A DNA stretch of 63,819 nt, the filler included. It is 7 parts of 7 records of this genome, joined end to end, with 100 filler letters (N's around TTAATTAATTAA, not from the genome) between each part and the next. Parts side by side here need not be neighbours in the genome. Positions count along the whole stretch, not along the records: positions 1 to 6,255 come from SRR31147125_36769; positions 6,356 to 11,778 come from SRR31147125_36821; 5 more parts are not named here. One strand, 5' to 3'. The position numbers and the translations under genes were made by a program. The notes under the pieces are model-generated. The model was not told where the DNA came from and searched no databases. It worked only from the letters and a program-made list of their open reading frames with translations. Shown here piece by piece: positions 1 to 10,574 of this stretch (positions within the stretch are counted from its first letter, which is position 1; the number at the start of each line of letters is the position of its first letter).

Positions 1-696
1 TTTTGATATGATATCCAATAAAAGCTTTATAGCAAAAAAACCAGAAACACCTGCAAATATCATACCAATAATTAATGGTGCAATTTGAATATCAACAGGT
101 GACCCAATTAGCTTTAATGATTCGTATCCTGAAGAACCTAGTATTATGACAACAGACATCAAAAAAGAAAACTTAGCAGCGCTAACTCTTTTAAGCCCAC
201 TAGCAAGCCCGCCAGAAAGAGTCATCCCCGCACGAGAAACTCCAGGCATTAGTGCTAAAGCTTGACAAAAACCCATAACTAATCCATCTTTCACTGTAGG
301 GGTTTCCTTATTGTTAGCAATTCTGTTAGCTAAAATTTCTGCTATAATAAGAACGACACCAGTTATAAGAAAAGAAACGGCTAAAAACTCTCCGCCAAAA
401 GCAGCTTTTACAAAGTCCTCAAAAAGTAAAGCTAGAACAACAGCTGGTATTGATGCTACAATTAGCACAAGCATCTTTTTGCTAAACGGATTTTTAATTA
501 AATCCCATATTTCATCCCAAAGGGAAATAACAACTGCAATTAGAGTTGCAAAGTGAAGCATAGTATCAAAAAACAAATGGTTGCCCTCAAGACCAAATAT
601 GTTTTGGATAAGTACTAAATGTCCAGAACTTGAAACTGGTAAAAATTCGGTTAAACCTTGAGTTATTCCAAGAATTATCGCTTCTAAAATATTCAT
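1..696 (-). CDS. uppP: Undecaprenyl-diphosphate phosphatase, runs off the left edge
   Basis: Hand translation from ATG at 696 (SD AAGGAG): MNILEAIILGITQGLTEFLPVSSSGHL, later PGVSRAGMT; BacA/UppP signatures. Absent from the ORF track because it is truncated. Confidence 0.93.
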   Translation of the reverse strand, partial: MNILEAIILGITQGLTEFLPVSSSGHLVLIQNIFGLEGNHLFFDTMLHFATLIAVVISLWDEIWDLIKNPFSKKMLVLIVASIPAVVLALLFEDFVKAAFGGEFLAVSFLITGVVLIIAEILANRIANNKETPTVKDGLVMGFCQALALMPGVSRAGMTLSGGLASGLKRVSAAKFSFLMSVVIILGSSGYESLKLIGSPVDIQIAPLIIGMIFAGVSGFFAIKLLLDIISK

Positions 697-871
697 AATT
701 TTCTCCTTATGTTGTTTGCTGTTAATATATATTAACCAGCAACTTATTATGCTGAAGCCATTATAGCATGTTAATTTATATGCTTCAATAAATTAACTTA
801 TAATGCATAAATATGAGTATATATTAGTTTGCAAAAAGTTACAAAAGATAATATAATAAAATGAATATTTT

Positions 872-2029
872 TTGGGGTCAAACGAAGTGGAGAATATTAT
901 TAAAACAAACATTAAATCAGGGAATGTATATATTAATGGCGAGTTTGTTCAAAATGATATTTACATTGAAGATGGAACTGTAAAAGATATTAAGCCAGAG
1001 ATAAGGCAAGGTATGTTTTCTGGTGTTTATGAGCTAGACGCGCAAGGTCTTTTTGTAGTTCCTACTTTTGTCGATAGCGGCTGTTTTGCACTTGGTAGCA
1101 GAATTAAAGGAAAAGAGATTCCTGTTATTCGAAGTCGCGAATATAAAAAAATGGGTTTTTTTGATTTTATTACTTCTATTAACATATTAGATAGAAAAGA
1201 AAGGCTTTTAAATCAGGAAAAACAGACCTTTGAATATAAAAGCCAAGGTATAGAAGCTAAATACCTATCTGGAGGCATGAAAGATAAGGCTTACCATATC
1301 AATAAGGACATATATACTGATATAAAAACATCGCTAGACTGCGTAGGTGCAAGTGTAGTTTATAATGATTCCTATGGAAGTATAAGCCAAAAAGCGCTTT
1401 CGAAGCTGTGCTTACAGGTTGAAGCAGTTTCTTACGATTTTGGAAAAAACAATTTTGTATATCTTTATTTAGGTGATCTATGTATTGATTGTGATTCGCT
1501 TGTAGATAGCATTTTATCTGAGAGAGGCAGACAAAAAACAGTTGTTCTTTGGTTTGCAAACAGAAGCAATAACATACTTAAATCTTGTATAAGGTACTTA
1601 AAACAGGGTGGATACATAAACATAGTTGCTGGCGGACGAAAAGAAGATATGAGCAGAGACTTTGTAAGTATAGGGGATACACTATTAAAAATTTATGAAG
1701 ATTGTGGTAGCTTGGATGGTGTTTTTGCTTCTTCGTTTTGTGGAAGCTATATGCCTAATGGGTCAACTAAAAAGGAAAAAGTGGCGAATATATCTAATCT
1801 TTATTATGGAATGAAAGAAGCGGTTGAAAAGGGTGTGCCTCTTATAGAAGTGTTAAAGGTTTTGTGCTTTAACCCTCAGATAATACTGGGTAAAAAAAAC
1901 AGTGCAGTAGAAAAGAATACGCGAGCTAGGTTTTTGCTAGTCGATAAAAAGCTTAATATTATTAGAATAATCGATGGACAAGAGGTTTTACAGCCTAATG
2001 TTAAAAACGATTTATTGTTGTTTATATAG
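872..2029 (+). CDS. Isoaspartyl dipeptidase (IadA)-like amidohydrolase-fold protein, apparently without metal ligands
   Basis: Collinear resemblance to IadA (DAQGLFVVPTFVD, YLYLGD, WFANR, GGYINI, ASSFCG, FLLVDKKLNI) but no HxH motif. Confidence 0.6.
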   Translation: MGSNEVENIIKTNIKSGNVYINGEFVQNDIYIEDGTVKDIKPEIRQGMFSGVYELDAQGLFVVPTFVDSGCFALGSRIKGKEIPVIRSREYKKMGFFDFITSINILDRKERLLNQEKQTFEYKSQGIEAKYLSGGMKDKAYHINKDIYTDIKTSLDCVGASVVYNDSYGSISQKALSKLCLQVEAVSYDFGKNNFVYLYLGDLCIDCDSLVDSILSERGRQKTVVLWFANRSNNILKSCIRYLKQGGYINIVAGGRKEDMSRDFVSIGDTLLKIYEDCGSLDGVFASSFCGSYMPNGSTKKEKVANISNLYYGMKEAVEKGVPLIEVLKVLCFNPQIILGKKNSAVEKNTRARFLLVDKKLNIIRIIDGQEVLQPNVKNDLLLFI

Positions 2030-2074
2030 GGATAAGAATATTTGAATCATCACGATAGTTAAGGAGAAACGTTT

Positions 2075-2782
2075 ATGAGCAGTGAACAGATATTTAATAT
2101 AAAAAATGGAGTATACCTATATGTAATGGGTATAATAGTCGCAATTTTTGTGCTTTCTCAATCCGTTATTTTTTTGGTTAAAGCATGGAAAAGAGGCAGG
2201 GAAATTGGCATGGATGAAAACAAGATGAAATCAGCTGCAATCAGCAGTGCAACTTTTTCTATTGTTCCTTCTATTCCAATAGTACTTTCGCTTTTAACCC
2301 TTGCAGCTACACTTGGTGTTCCTTATGCATGGACAAGGCTTACTGTTATTGGGTCTATGATATATGAGGTAACAGCAGCAGAGGCAGTAGCTTCGGCTGG
2401 CGATATGAACGTGGATTTGAGTGTGTTTGCGGCAGCGATGTGGGTTATGGCAATAGGTATTTTGATTGGTCCAATAATCAATATATTCTTTTTAAAAAAA
2501 TATCAAGGCAGAATAAAAGCTCTTAGAGCAAAAAATACATTGTGGACAGAGATTTTAATATCTGCATTGTTTATGGGTATGATTGCTGCTATTGGATCAA
2601 AAGAGGTGGCAAAAGGTGGCATCAACCTTTACACGGTGTTTTCTGGCGCAGTGATTATGGGTCTTTTTGGGCTAGTTATTAGTCTTACGAAAATAAAGTG
2701 GTTAGAAAATTTTGCGATCCCCATCTCTATGCTTGGGGCAATTGCACTTTCGGTTTTGTATGTGTCAGTAGGGTTGGCATAA
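2075..2782 (+). CDS. DUF5058-like membrane protein
   Basis: Multi-TM; KAWKRGREIGMD, SIVPSIPI and W.RL.VIGS..YE motifs recalled for DUF5058. Confidence 0.75.
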   Translation: MSSEQIFNIKNGVYLYVMGIIVAIFVLSQSVIFLVKAWKRGREIGMDENKMKSAAISSATFSIVPSIPIVLSLLTLAATLGVPYAWTRLTVIGSMIYEVTAAEAVASAGDMNVDLSVFAAAMWVMAIGILIGPIINIFFLKKYQGRIKALRAKNTLWTEILISALFMGMIAAIGSKEVAKGGINLYTVFSGAVIMGLFGLVISLTKIKWLENFAIPISMLGAIALSVLYVSVGLA

Positions 2783-2791
2783 GGGGGGTAT

Positions 2792-3511
2792 ATGATGAAA
2801 AAACAGGCTTTATCAGATTATGAACTATGGATACATAAATTTGGAAGATGGTCTACAGCATTTGCAGTTTTGCTTTTAATAGCTATACCGTTGCTATTTT
2901 GCTTAATATATAACGTGTTCCCAAATATGAATGCTTTTTTTAAAGGGGCTATAAAAATTATCCCGATGTTTTATGCTGTAGGAATAATTGAACTTATCAA
3001 CTATGCTCCTATGCTTGGTTCTGGTGGGACGTACCTTGCTTTTATTACAGGTAATCTAACAAATATGAAAATACCAGCCGCTCAAGTTGGTTTGGATAGA
3101 GCTGACGTACAAGCTACATCTGAAGAGGGAGAAATTATTAGCACAATATCTGTTGCTGTTTCTACAATAGTCACAGATTTAATAATAATTATAGGCATGC
3201 TATTGGTGATTCCTTTAACGAAATGGATCGATTCGGTTCCTGTATTAAAACAGGTTTTCAACCTAAGTGATGGTTATGTTTTAGCATCTCTTTTTGGTGC
3301 GCTTGGAGTAGTGTTTATTGCAAAAAGCTGGAAGCTTGCTATAGCTCCGTTGCTTTGTATGTTGTGTATTTTTGTATTTATTCCTGGGGCAATACATAAT
3401 TCTGCTGTTGGAGCTTTGTCAATACCTGTTGCTGCTATAATTGCAGTTGTTGCGGCGAAGTTTATGTTTAACAAAGGATGGCTAGGAAAACAAGATAAAG
3501 AGGAGGAATAA
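2792..3511 (+). CDS. Membrane protein, usual partner of DUF5058 (putative two-component transporter)
   Basis: Multi-TM; YAPMLGSGGTYLAFITGNLTNMKIP motif; 9 nt downstream of the previous gene. Confidence 0.65.
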   Translation: MMKKQALSDYELWIHKFGRWSTAFAVLLLIAIPLLFCLIYNVFPNMNAFFKGAIKIIPMFYAVGIIELINYAPMLGSGGTYLAFITGNLTNMKIPAAQVGLDRADVQATSEEGEIISTISVAVSTIVTDLIIIIGMLLVIPLTKWIDSVPVLKQVFNLSDGYVLASLFGALGVVFIAKSWKLAIAPLLCMLCIFVFIPGAIHNSAVGALSIPVAAIIAVVAAKFMFNKGWLGKQDKEEE

Positions 3512-4961
3512 ATGATAGCAATTTATATAGCTACAGCGGTAATCGTTGTTTTAGCGATTATGGTAATTAGAACTTTTTTAAGTGATAAAAAAGAACTAGG
3601 AACAGTTGGAAAAAAAGACTACGAAATAGATGAAACTGGTGTTATAAATAGGCTGAGTGAAGCTGTTAAACTAAAGACAATAACGTCAAAAAACAATGAT
3701 ACACTTGATAAAGATGCTTTTATAGGTTTTCATAACTTTTTAGAAAAATCGTTCCCTAATGTACACGAAATCTTTGAAAGAACAATTGTAAATGATTATA
3801 GCTTGCTGTATTCATACAAAGCTAAAAACCCAACTTCAAAACCAATAGTGTTTATGTCGCATTTTGATGTTGTACCTATAAGCGAAGAAACAATTGACGA
3901 ATGGAAGTTTAAGCCGTTTAGTGGACATATTGATGACGAATATATATGGGGCAGAGGCACTTTAGATATGAAAGGGCATCTTGTTGCTGTATGTGAAGCT
4001 TTCGAATACTTTATAAAAAATAATATTGAGCTTAAAAGAGATGTATACCTTTCGTTTGGACACGACGAAGAGAGTACTGGTCATAATGGCACAAGAGAAA
4101 TAATTAAATATTTTAAACAGAATAATATAAACCCTGAATATGCTTTTGATGAGGGTGGTGCAGTTGTTGATGGGAAAATGCTTGGTATGGAGGGTATGCT
4201 TGGGCTTGTAGGTATTGCTGAAAAAGGCTATGTAGATATAACTTTAGAAGCAAGTGATAAGGGCGGTCATGCTTCAGCCTCCACATGACACTGCAGTAAG
4301 CAGAATTGCAAATGCGATAGTTCTTTTGCAAAAAAATCAATTATCTGCTACTATGAACAAACCGCTAAAGGACTTTTTAAAGTATACACGACCATTTATG
4401 AGTTTTCCTCTGAAATTTTTGGCAAGCAATATTTGGCTTTTTAAAAATCTTTTATTATTTGGGCTTTCAAAATCGAAACTTAGCAGAGCGTTGATACAAA
4501 CAACTTATGCACCAACTATGCTCAGTGGGAGCAATGCACCAAATGTTTTGGCTCAAAAAGCAACAGTGACAATTAACTTTAGGTTATCACCAGATGATAG
4601 CTTGGATAAATTAATAAATCATATAGAAAAGACAACAAAAAAAACAGGCGTTAAAATATCTTATATTGATGGACATAACCCGTCAAAAGTTTCTGATACA
4701 AACAGCAAAAGCTTCAAGGATATAGAAAAAACAATTTTAGAAACTATTTCTGGTGTAAACGTTTGTCCATATCTTGTAATTGCAACAACAGACAGCAGAA
4801 TGTTTAGTGACATAGCTGACAATGTATATAGATTTTCTCCATTTAGGTCACTTTCTAAAGATCTTGGAACGATACACGCAAACAATGAGCGTCTAGAAAA
4901 GAAATCATTGATTGAAGGTGTGAAGTTTTTTATTCGTTTAATTGAGAACAGCAATTATTAA
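3512..4961 (+). CDS. M20 family peptidase (Gly-Xaa carboxypeptidase-like) with N-terminal TM anchor; one frameshift near 4277
   Basis: SHFDVVP, WGRGTLDMK, GHDEE, DEGG, GGHAS continuing as PPHDT in another frame, then ATTDSR and IHANNER. Confidence 0.85.
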
Positions 4962-5007
4962 TTGCTTTCTCTTTTGCTATTATACTATATTTGTTTAGGA
5001 GAAAATT

Positions 5008-5880
5008 ATGAAAGATTATGTGTTAATGATTGACACAAACTCGGAGATACCTTTTGAGTTTGTGAAAGAAAACGATTTAAAGGTTTTTAAAATGCCGTAT
5101 TCTTTGGATGATAAAGAATACTATTATGATCTTGGTGAAAACACAGATTATGATGAATTTTTTAACAAGCTTAAAAACGGAAGCAAACCAAGTACTTCAA
5201 CAAGGTCTTCATATGATATTGAGCTGTTTTTTAAAGAGCAGCTAGAACAAGGAAAAGATATACTGTACATCGGTTTTTCTTCACAGCTAAGTTCGCACTA
5301 TAGCATGTGCGATGCTGCAAGAGAAAAGTTAGTAAAAGAGTATCTGGATAGAAAGTTTTTCACTATTGATTCACTAAAAATATCCGCACCACTTGGTATT
5401 TTAATTATGAATGCAGTGGAGCTTAAAAATAAGGGTATGGGGATAGAAGAGCTTGCAAAGTGGGTTGAAGAGAATAAACTAAGAGCATATGGATGGTATA
5501 TTGTAGATGATCTTATGTTTTTAAAACGCGGCGGTCGAATTAGTGGAGCTGCTGCAACTATTGGAACAATAATGGAAGTTAAGCCTATTTTGAGTATTGG
5601 CAACGAAGGTAAGATTGTTGCTCATGACAAAATTAAAGGTAAAAAAAGAGTTGTTAAATATTTGAAATCAAAATTTGATGAAACTGTTCTAGATCCAAAA
5701 GATACTGATGTTTGTATACTTCATGCGCAAAACTTAGAAGCAGCAAACGCACTTAAAGAAAAAATTGAAGCTGAATATGAACTTAAAAGCATATGGATTC
5801 AAAATGTTGGACCAGTTATTGGTTCTCATACGGGACCTGGAGTTTTAGCTCTGTGTTATTTAGGTAAATTAGAGGCTTGA
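5008..5880 (+). CDS. DegV family fatty-acid-binding protein
   Basis: PSTS, FSSQLSS, LKRGGRIS and VIGSHTGPG motifs. Confidence 0.92.
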   Translation: MKDYVLMIDTNSEIPFEFVKENDLKVFKMPYSLDDKEYYYDLGENTDYDEFFNKLKNGSKPSTSTRSSYDIELFFKEQLEQGKDILYIGFSSQLSSHYSMCDAAREKLVKEYLDRKFFTIDSLKISAPLGILIMNAVELKNKGMGIEELAKWVEENKLRAYGWYIVDDLMFLKRGGRISGAAATIGTIMEVKPILSIGNEGKIVAHDKIKGKKRVVKYLKSKFDETVLDPKDTDVCILHAQNLEAANALKEKIEAEYELKSIWIQNVGPVIGSHTGPGVLALCYLGKLEA

Positions 5881-5910
5881 TGATATTAAATAAATAGGGG
5901 TTATACTTGA

Positions 5911-6255
5911 ATGAAAATTAATTTTTACGGTGCAGCAAAATTTGTAACGGGTTCTTGTTATCTAATTCAATCTCAAAACTCAACTTTTCTAGTTGATTGT
6001 GGAATGAGACAAGGGTCTGATGCTAAAAAGTCTCTTTCAAATGATGATTTTCCGTTTGATGCAAGCAATATCGATTTTGTGCTATTAACTCATGCACATA
6101 TAGATCATAGTGGACACATTCCTCTTCTTGTGAAGAATGGGTTTGAGGGTAAGATATTTACAACAACAGCAACAAAAGAGCTTTGTTCAATCATGCTTCC
6201 AGATAGTGGACATATTCAAGAGATGGAAGTTATGTGGAAAAACAGAAAACTAAAA
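5911..6255 (+). CDS. MBL-fold / beta-CASP ribonuclease, 5' fragment
   Basis: [30 protein letters not shown]; cut by spacer. Confidence 0.88.
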
Positions 6256-6355
6256 NNNNNNNNNNNNNNNNNNNNNNNNNNNNNNNNNNNNNNNNNNNNT
6301 TAATTAATTAANNNNNNNNNNNNNNNNNNNNNNNNNNNNNNNNNNNNNNNNNNNN
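6256..6355. other. Artificial contig spacer
   Basis: N-run + TTAATTAATTAA (stops in six frames) + N-run. Confidence 0.98.
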
Positions 6356-6875
6356 AAAAGTGGGTAAGCGCGAACATATCCGTTATTCGGGTTCGCCTTA
6401 CATTTTAAGCTTTAGCGAGCTTGCTTACGATAAAAACATAATTGTATTTACCACCGAAAATAACAAGATTATAAATACTGAAAACGTTGTGGTGCCGTGT
6501 TTCAGAGATATTTCGAAAATAAGTGGAACACAGCAAGAATGTGTGGAGCAACTAATTGCAAAAGACAATGAAACCCACGAGCTACAACCCTGGGTGGAAA
6601 TTGTTCTGGATAAAGACGATGCTAACCCAAACAGTTTTTACGAACTAAATAAGGTTGCTGATGAACTGAATGTAAGCGTTTTAAAAGTTACGCTGAAAAA
6701 AGAAAAAGGTGCTGCCGGAATTGAACAGACCGTATCTGAGAATAAGGAAATAAAAGAACTTTCTCCAGTTGATGTATTCCGCTTAAAATGCGAACAAGAG
6801 GGATTTAACCTTGATGAGAACTCTGATATTTTTGATGCCTACCACGAAATTCTGCAAATAGTACAAAACAGTTAA
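6356..6875 (+). CDS. sbcD: SbcD nuclease, C-terminal fragment
   Basis: HIRYSGSPYILSFSE motif; directly upstream of sbcC. Confidence 0.9.
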
Positions 6876-6879
6876 ACGA

Positions 6880-9800
6880 ATGAAGATTCTAAAAATAGAA
6901 CTACAAAATATTAACTCGCTAAAATCGGACGAACCCATAGTTATTGATTTTGAAAGCAAGCTGTTTGAAGACGTGGGATTGTATGCCATAACCGGTCCAA
7001 CAGGGGCCGGAAAAACAACGATTCTCGATGCTATTACCATTGCCATGTACCACAGTGTACCTCGGTTTAATAAATCGAACATAAAGGCCGGATTAGAGGA
7101 TGTGGTAAGCAAAGGAGCCCATTTTGCCATGTCGCGTGTTGAGTTTAGGAGTAATTCTACCCGGTATGAAGCCTCGTGGTCGATGCGTTTAAAATCGAAA
7201 ACCGGGAAAGTGCTTGCAAATCCACCCGAAGAAATTAGGCTGAAAGATTTAAGTTCAGAAAAAATATTGGCTGAGAAGAAACGGGAATTTCAACAGAAAA
7301 TAGAGGAAATAACGCAGCTCGATTATCACCAGTTTTTACGCTCGGCAATGTTGGCACAAGGCGAATTTGCTGCATTTTTATCGGCCAACGCAAAAGAAAA
7401 AAGTGCTTTGCTTGAACAGATTACCGGCGAAGAAATTTATAAGAAAATAGGAGAGGAGATTGGCTCAAAAATAGGTAGTGAAAAAAGAAAGTTGGAGCTG
7501 ATTCAAGCTAAAATTAATAACGACGACCTTTTAAGTAATGAATATATTGCTGAGTTAAAAAAGGAGCAGGGGCAGATTGAAAACGAAATAAAACTGCAGG
7601 AGAAGGAACTCAAATGTTTCGAGAAAATTATAAAATGGTATGCCGATAAAAAACAAATAATTAAGGAGCAGCAAAAACTGAATGAAGGCCAACTGCAATT
7701 AGATGCCGAAAAAGAGGAAAATAAAGGTGTTCTGGAGAAGCTGAGACATCATGAATTGGCAGAACCTTTTCAGACAATAATTACAGAATTAAGACGGATT
7801 GAAACAGAAATTAAGGATAAAACCGGGAAACAGGATAAATTGAAACAGGATATTGTTTCGATTAAGGAAAACATTGTAAAGACTGAAAAGCAGGAAACAC
7901 AACTAAAAGAAAACTACAACAAACAGGAGGCAGAACAGAAAGCCTGGCAACCCAGGTTGGAAAAAGTTGCTGAACTGATTACCCGAATTTCGAGCTTAAT
8001 GAAAGAAGGTGATAAGTTGAAAGCCAATTCAGAAAAGCGAAAGCTTGCGATTAATAAATTCAAAATACAAATTGAAGATAATACCAAAGCTAAAGAAAAA
8101 GCAGAAAGCGAGCTGAAGAAACTGGAGGGATTTCTTGCTGAAAATAAAAAAATACTAACCGTAAAAAACAGGCTGACCGATTGGAGTTCAGCCTTAACTC
8201 AACTAAAAAGCTTGTCGCAAACAATTGGGCAAACCAAAGAGAAAATAAAAAATGCCCAAACAAAAGAAGTTGAAATAAAGAGCAATTTAACTGAGGCAGA
8301 AAGCCGTTTTAAAAAGGGAAATACCAGTTTGTCGGATAGCAGAAAAAAACTTGAAGAACTGGAAAAAGAGATAAAGAAGCTTAACATGGCTGCATTGCTG
8401 GCAAAGCAAAAAGAACTTTCAAATCAGAAAACGTATACGAAAGAATTGTTGGATTTGTCGCAGAAATCCAGTGACCTAAGCAAGAAAGTTGAGAAGCTAA
8501 ATGAGGACTATTCGCAAGCAAAAGAATTAAAGGGTAAGCAAGCAAAAGACATTGTGCAATTAGAGCAAGGTGTTAAAAACGCAGAACTGGCATTAAAAGA
8601 TGTTGAGAAGATTCTGGAATTAGAACAGCGAATTAAGAGTTTCGGGGAAGAGCGGCAGAAGCTTGTAAAAAATGAACCATGCCCCTTGTGCGGTTCAAAA
8701 GAGCATCCTTATGTTGTGGGATACGATAAAATTTCGCTCTCGGTAACAGCATTGGAAGTAGATAAACGAAAACAGGTTTTAAAAGATGTGCGCGAATTAA
8801 AGCAGCAGGCTGAGATTAAAAAAGCAGGATTATTGCAAAAACTGGAGGGATTGGAAAAATCAATTAACGAGGCAAAAACGGAAATTGAAAGTATCAACGC
8901 AAATTTTAATGAGCATGAATCATCGTTTAAAATCACAGAAAACAAGGAGATTAAACAAAATCTGGATTCTCTTTTAAATTTAGAAGCAGAATTAGATAAA
9001 CAAGTAAAATATGTTCAGCAACTTCAGCAAAAGAAAGACGAGCTTAACAAAATATATAGCGACAGGCAGGAGGATGTAAATACCCTAAAGAATAGAATTA
9101 CAAGCATTAACGGCGAATTAACCGCACTAAAAAATGCGTTGTTGGAATGGAATAGCGACCTTAAAACCTACACCGAAAATTTTAAGAAAAAGACGCTGGA
9201 ACTGGAACCTCAATTGTTGGAATTTGGTTTTGTTTTGCCTGCAATTAATGAAATTGAAATTTTTATTGAAAGGCTAAAAACAGCTATCGAAGAGTATGAA
9301 AAAAAGGTGGTAAGGCATACCAGTATAAAATCTTCCATTTCCGAAATTCAGATAAAAATTACCAACGACAAAACACAACTAAACGAAAAAATAAAAGAAG
9401 AAGAAAAAGCGCAGGAAGAACATAAAAAATTAGTGGACGAACTGGACATCTTTAAAACCAAACGAATTGACATTTTACCGGCAGATATTAGCATTAAAAC
9501 GAAACGCGAAATACTGCAAAAGGCCTTGGATAATGCCAGGGGAGAATATGAAAAAGTAAACGGAACGCTTAATAAATTAAAGACTAAAAATGTTGCCGCA
9601 GAGAAAGAAATCAGCATTTTAACAAAAGACCTTGCTGGTTTGCAAACAATTTTGGGAGAAAATAACTCGGCCTTAATTGCAAAAATTGAAAATAGTCCGT
9701 TTGATAGCCGGGAAGAAATAGAGCAGCATTTATTAACACCGGAAGATAAATTGAAATATGAAATCTTAAGAAAAAATCTTGATAAAAGGACTATTGAATT

Positions 9801-10539
9801 AAAGACCCTAAATAAAAAATTAAGCACAGAACTTGCTGATTTACATAAAGCAAAAGATTTTGAATTGACTATGGAAGATGCCGGTGATAAGGCAAATGAA
9901 ATTAAGAAGAAAAAGGAAAATTTAACTGTGCGAATGGGCGAAATAAACGAAAAATTTAAGCTCGACCAGCAGATTCGCAATCGCAACAAAGATGTGATGA
10001 AAGAAATTACAGCCCAGGAACAAGTTCTTGCAAAATGGAACAAACTTTTTGCTTTGCTCGGTGGAAATAAATATGCCTTTAATACTTATGTTCAGCGCTT
10101 AACGCTGCAACGTTTAATACGGATTGCCAACTTGCATTTAACTAAATTAAATCCACGCTATTCGTTAATAATGAAAGAAGAATATAAAAAGGGAGAGGAG
10201 TTGAATTTCAATTTGGTTGATCATTTCCAAACCGATGAAATGAGGGTTGTAGATACATCGAGTGGAGGAGAGAAATTTTTAATTAGCCTGGCTTTGGCAC
10301 TTGGGCTTTCCGACTTGGCAAGCAAAAATGTAAATATCGAATCGTTGTTTATCGATGAAGGCTTTGGTACGCTTGATGCCAATATGCTCGAAACGGTTAT
10401 TTCAACACTTGAAACTCTTCAGGCACAAGGAAAAATGATTGGTGTAATTTCGCACGTAGAAAGTATGAAAGAACGAATTCCTTCGCAAATACAGGTTACT
10501 AAAAAACACAATGGTGTAAGCGAAGTAAAGGTGGTGTAG
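6880..10539 (+). CDS. sbcC: SbcC (Rad50-like SMC ATPase)
   Basis: Walker A GPTGAGKTT, LAQGEF, coiled coils, Zn hook CPLCG, SSGGE signature, Walker B LFIDEGFGTLD. Confidence 0.95.
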   Translation: MKILKIELQNINSLKSDEPIVIDFESKLFEDVGLYAITGPTGAGKTTILDAITIAMYHSVPRFNKSNIKAGLEDVVSKGAHFAMSRVEFRSNSTRYEASWSMRLKSKTGKVLANPPEEIRLKDLSSEKILAEKKREFQQKIEEITQLDYHQFLRSAMLAQGEFAAFLSANAKEKSALLEQITGEEIYKKIGEEIGSKIGSEKRKLELIQAKINNDDLLSNEYIAELKKEQGQIENEIKLQEKELKCFEKIIKWYADKKQIIKEQQKLNEGQLQLDAEKEENKGVLEKLRHHELAEPFQTIITELRRIETEIKDKTGKQDKLKQDIVSIKENIVKTEKQETQLKENYNKQEAEQKAWQPRLEKVAELITRISSLMKEGDKLKANSEKRKLAINKFKIQIEDNTKAKEKAESELKKLEGFLAENKKILTVKNRLTDWSSALTQLKSLSQTIGQTKEKIKNAQTKEVEIKSNLTEAESRFKKGNTSLSDSRKKLEELEKEIKKLNMAALLAKQKELSNQKTYTKELLDLSQKSSDLSKKVEKLNEDYSQAKELKGKQAKDIVQLEQGVKNAELALKDVEKILELEQRIKSFGEERQKLVKNEPCPLCGSKEHPYVVGYDKISLSVTALEVDKRKQVLKDVRELKQQAEIKKAGLLQKLEGLEKSINEAKTEIESINANFNEHESSFKITENKEIKQNLDSLLNLEAELDKQVKYVQQLQQKKDELNKIYSDRQEDVNTLKNRITSINGELTALKNALLEWNSDLKTYTENFKKKTLELEPQLLEFGFVLPAINEIEIFIERLKTAIEEYEKKVVRHTSIKSSISEIQIKITNDKTQLNEKIKEEEKAQEEHKKLVDELDIFKTKRIDILPADISIKTKREILQKALDNARGEYEKVNGTLNKLKTKNVAAEKEISILTKDLAGLQTILGENNSALIAKIENSPFDSREEIEQHLLTPEDKLKYEILRKNLDKRTIELKTLNKKLSTELADLHKAKDFELTMEDAGDKANEIKKKKENLTVRMGEINEKFKLDQQIRNRNKDVMKEITAQEQVLAKWNKLFALLGGNKYAFNTYVQRLTLQRLIRIANLHLTKLNPRYSLIMKEEYKKGEELNFNLVDHFQTDEMRVVDTSSGGEKFLISLALALGLSDLASKNVNIESLFIDEGFGTLDANMLETVISTLETLQAQGKMIGVISHVESMKERIPSQIQVTKKHNGVSEVKVV

Positions 10540-10574
10540 CGTTTGGGAAGAGATAAGCTTATTTGCAAATTACA

